Assembly: GCA_008632985.1 (NCBI GenBank)
Contig: QPGO01000106.1
Span: forward strand, 62,001-126,000
From: Psammoneis japonica
Taxonomy: Eukaryota
Direction of reading: 5' to 3'
DNA length: 64,000 bases
Every line of letters starts with the position of its first letter. The first letter of the stretch is position 1. The notes under the pieces are model-generated. The model saw only the letters and a list, made by a program, of their open reading frames with translations. It ran no database searches and was not told the origin of the DNA. The position numbers and the translations under genes were made by a program. This document shows positions 63,400-64,000 of this stretch, piece by piece.

Positions 63400-64000
63400 A
63401 AGCGGGTGAAGGAAAGCGCAGCTGCATGCAACGCGCCAACTGGGAAAAGAAGGAGAGGAAGAACATGCAAGCCCCTACAAAAAAGGCTTGCCCAACAAGT
63501 GCTCCTCATGCAAGAACAAGAGAGTGGTGATGGAGGAAGACCCAAGAGATGAGAGGAGAGGGCCATCTGTGCACAGCAGCAGTGCCGACAAAACGAAAGC
63601 AAACGTGTGCCTTCATCACTCAGGCAAGAAATGTGCACACTGCTGAGGTCAGACGTTGCAGCTGTCCTTCTTCTGCATGCCACTGGTGTGCATTTTGTGT
63701 GAGGAGACCTTGAGATGCTTGCTCTTGCTTGGCAACATCTGACCTTTTTCTGCCAACACTGTGCATTTTGTGTGAGAGGAAACCTCCTTTGTGCTTGGCT
63801 GCTCTTGCTTGGTGGAGAGCATGCTGCTGGTGGGAGACAAAACAACAACAACAAAATTTCCACAAGAGAGGTGATTTTTGGCAAGAAAATGATGGCACAA
63901 TGCATGCACTGTTGTTTTTCAGGTGCGCTTGATGGCCTGTTTTGCTGTTTCTTTCACTGGATCTTCACTTGTTTGAAAGAGTGTCCTCTTCATTGTGTGG
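63400..64000. other. Start of another TpA-depleted block
   Basis: TA almost absent from ~63480 to the window end. Confidence 0.65.

Noticed and set aside
1..64000. Classical RIP or CpG decay as the sole explanation of the TG/CA excess
   Set aside because: RIP creates TA, whereas TA is lost here. CpGs persist in both LTRs while TA sites differ, and conserved Tyr codons fix the direction.

Overview
Eukaryotic nuclear DNA, most likely a diatom or related photosynthetic stramenopile. This is inferred from short GT-AG introns, signal-peptide + AF/GF-type plastid presequences, diatom-type copia remnants and RXL motifs. Ordinary gene islands carry panB, a MATE transporter, phytol kinase, a lipase, cullin, BTB, MYND, RNF10-like, SRPBCC, a CDPK-like kinase, a 2OG-oxygenase, RING, TPR and moaA/CNX2. 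They alternate with large domains, roughly half the window, that are almost devoid of the dinucleotide TpA and rich in TpG/CpA. These domains coincide with transposons and duplicated sequence. Internal comparisons (the two LTRs of one Gypsy element, MITE copies, an intact versus a dead BTB paralogue, a transposon's two TIRs, conserved Tyr codons turned into Cys/His) show directional TpA->TpG/CpA change (A:T->G:C) on both strands. This looks like a repeat-targeted hypermutation running opposite to fungal RIP and leaking into neighbouring genes. A base-calling artefact cannot be excluded from sequence alone. Also present are a TIR-bounded PIF/Harbinger-ISL2EU-like transposon whose second ORF is an XPG/FEN1-type nuclease plus SWIM finger, a secreted RXL-punctuated (Arg-Gly)n polyprotein, and a kinase with ankyrin repeats inside its activation segment. 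Several conserved genes carry single frameshifts, probably assembly indels. All alignments and counts were done by eye.
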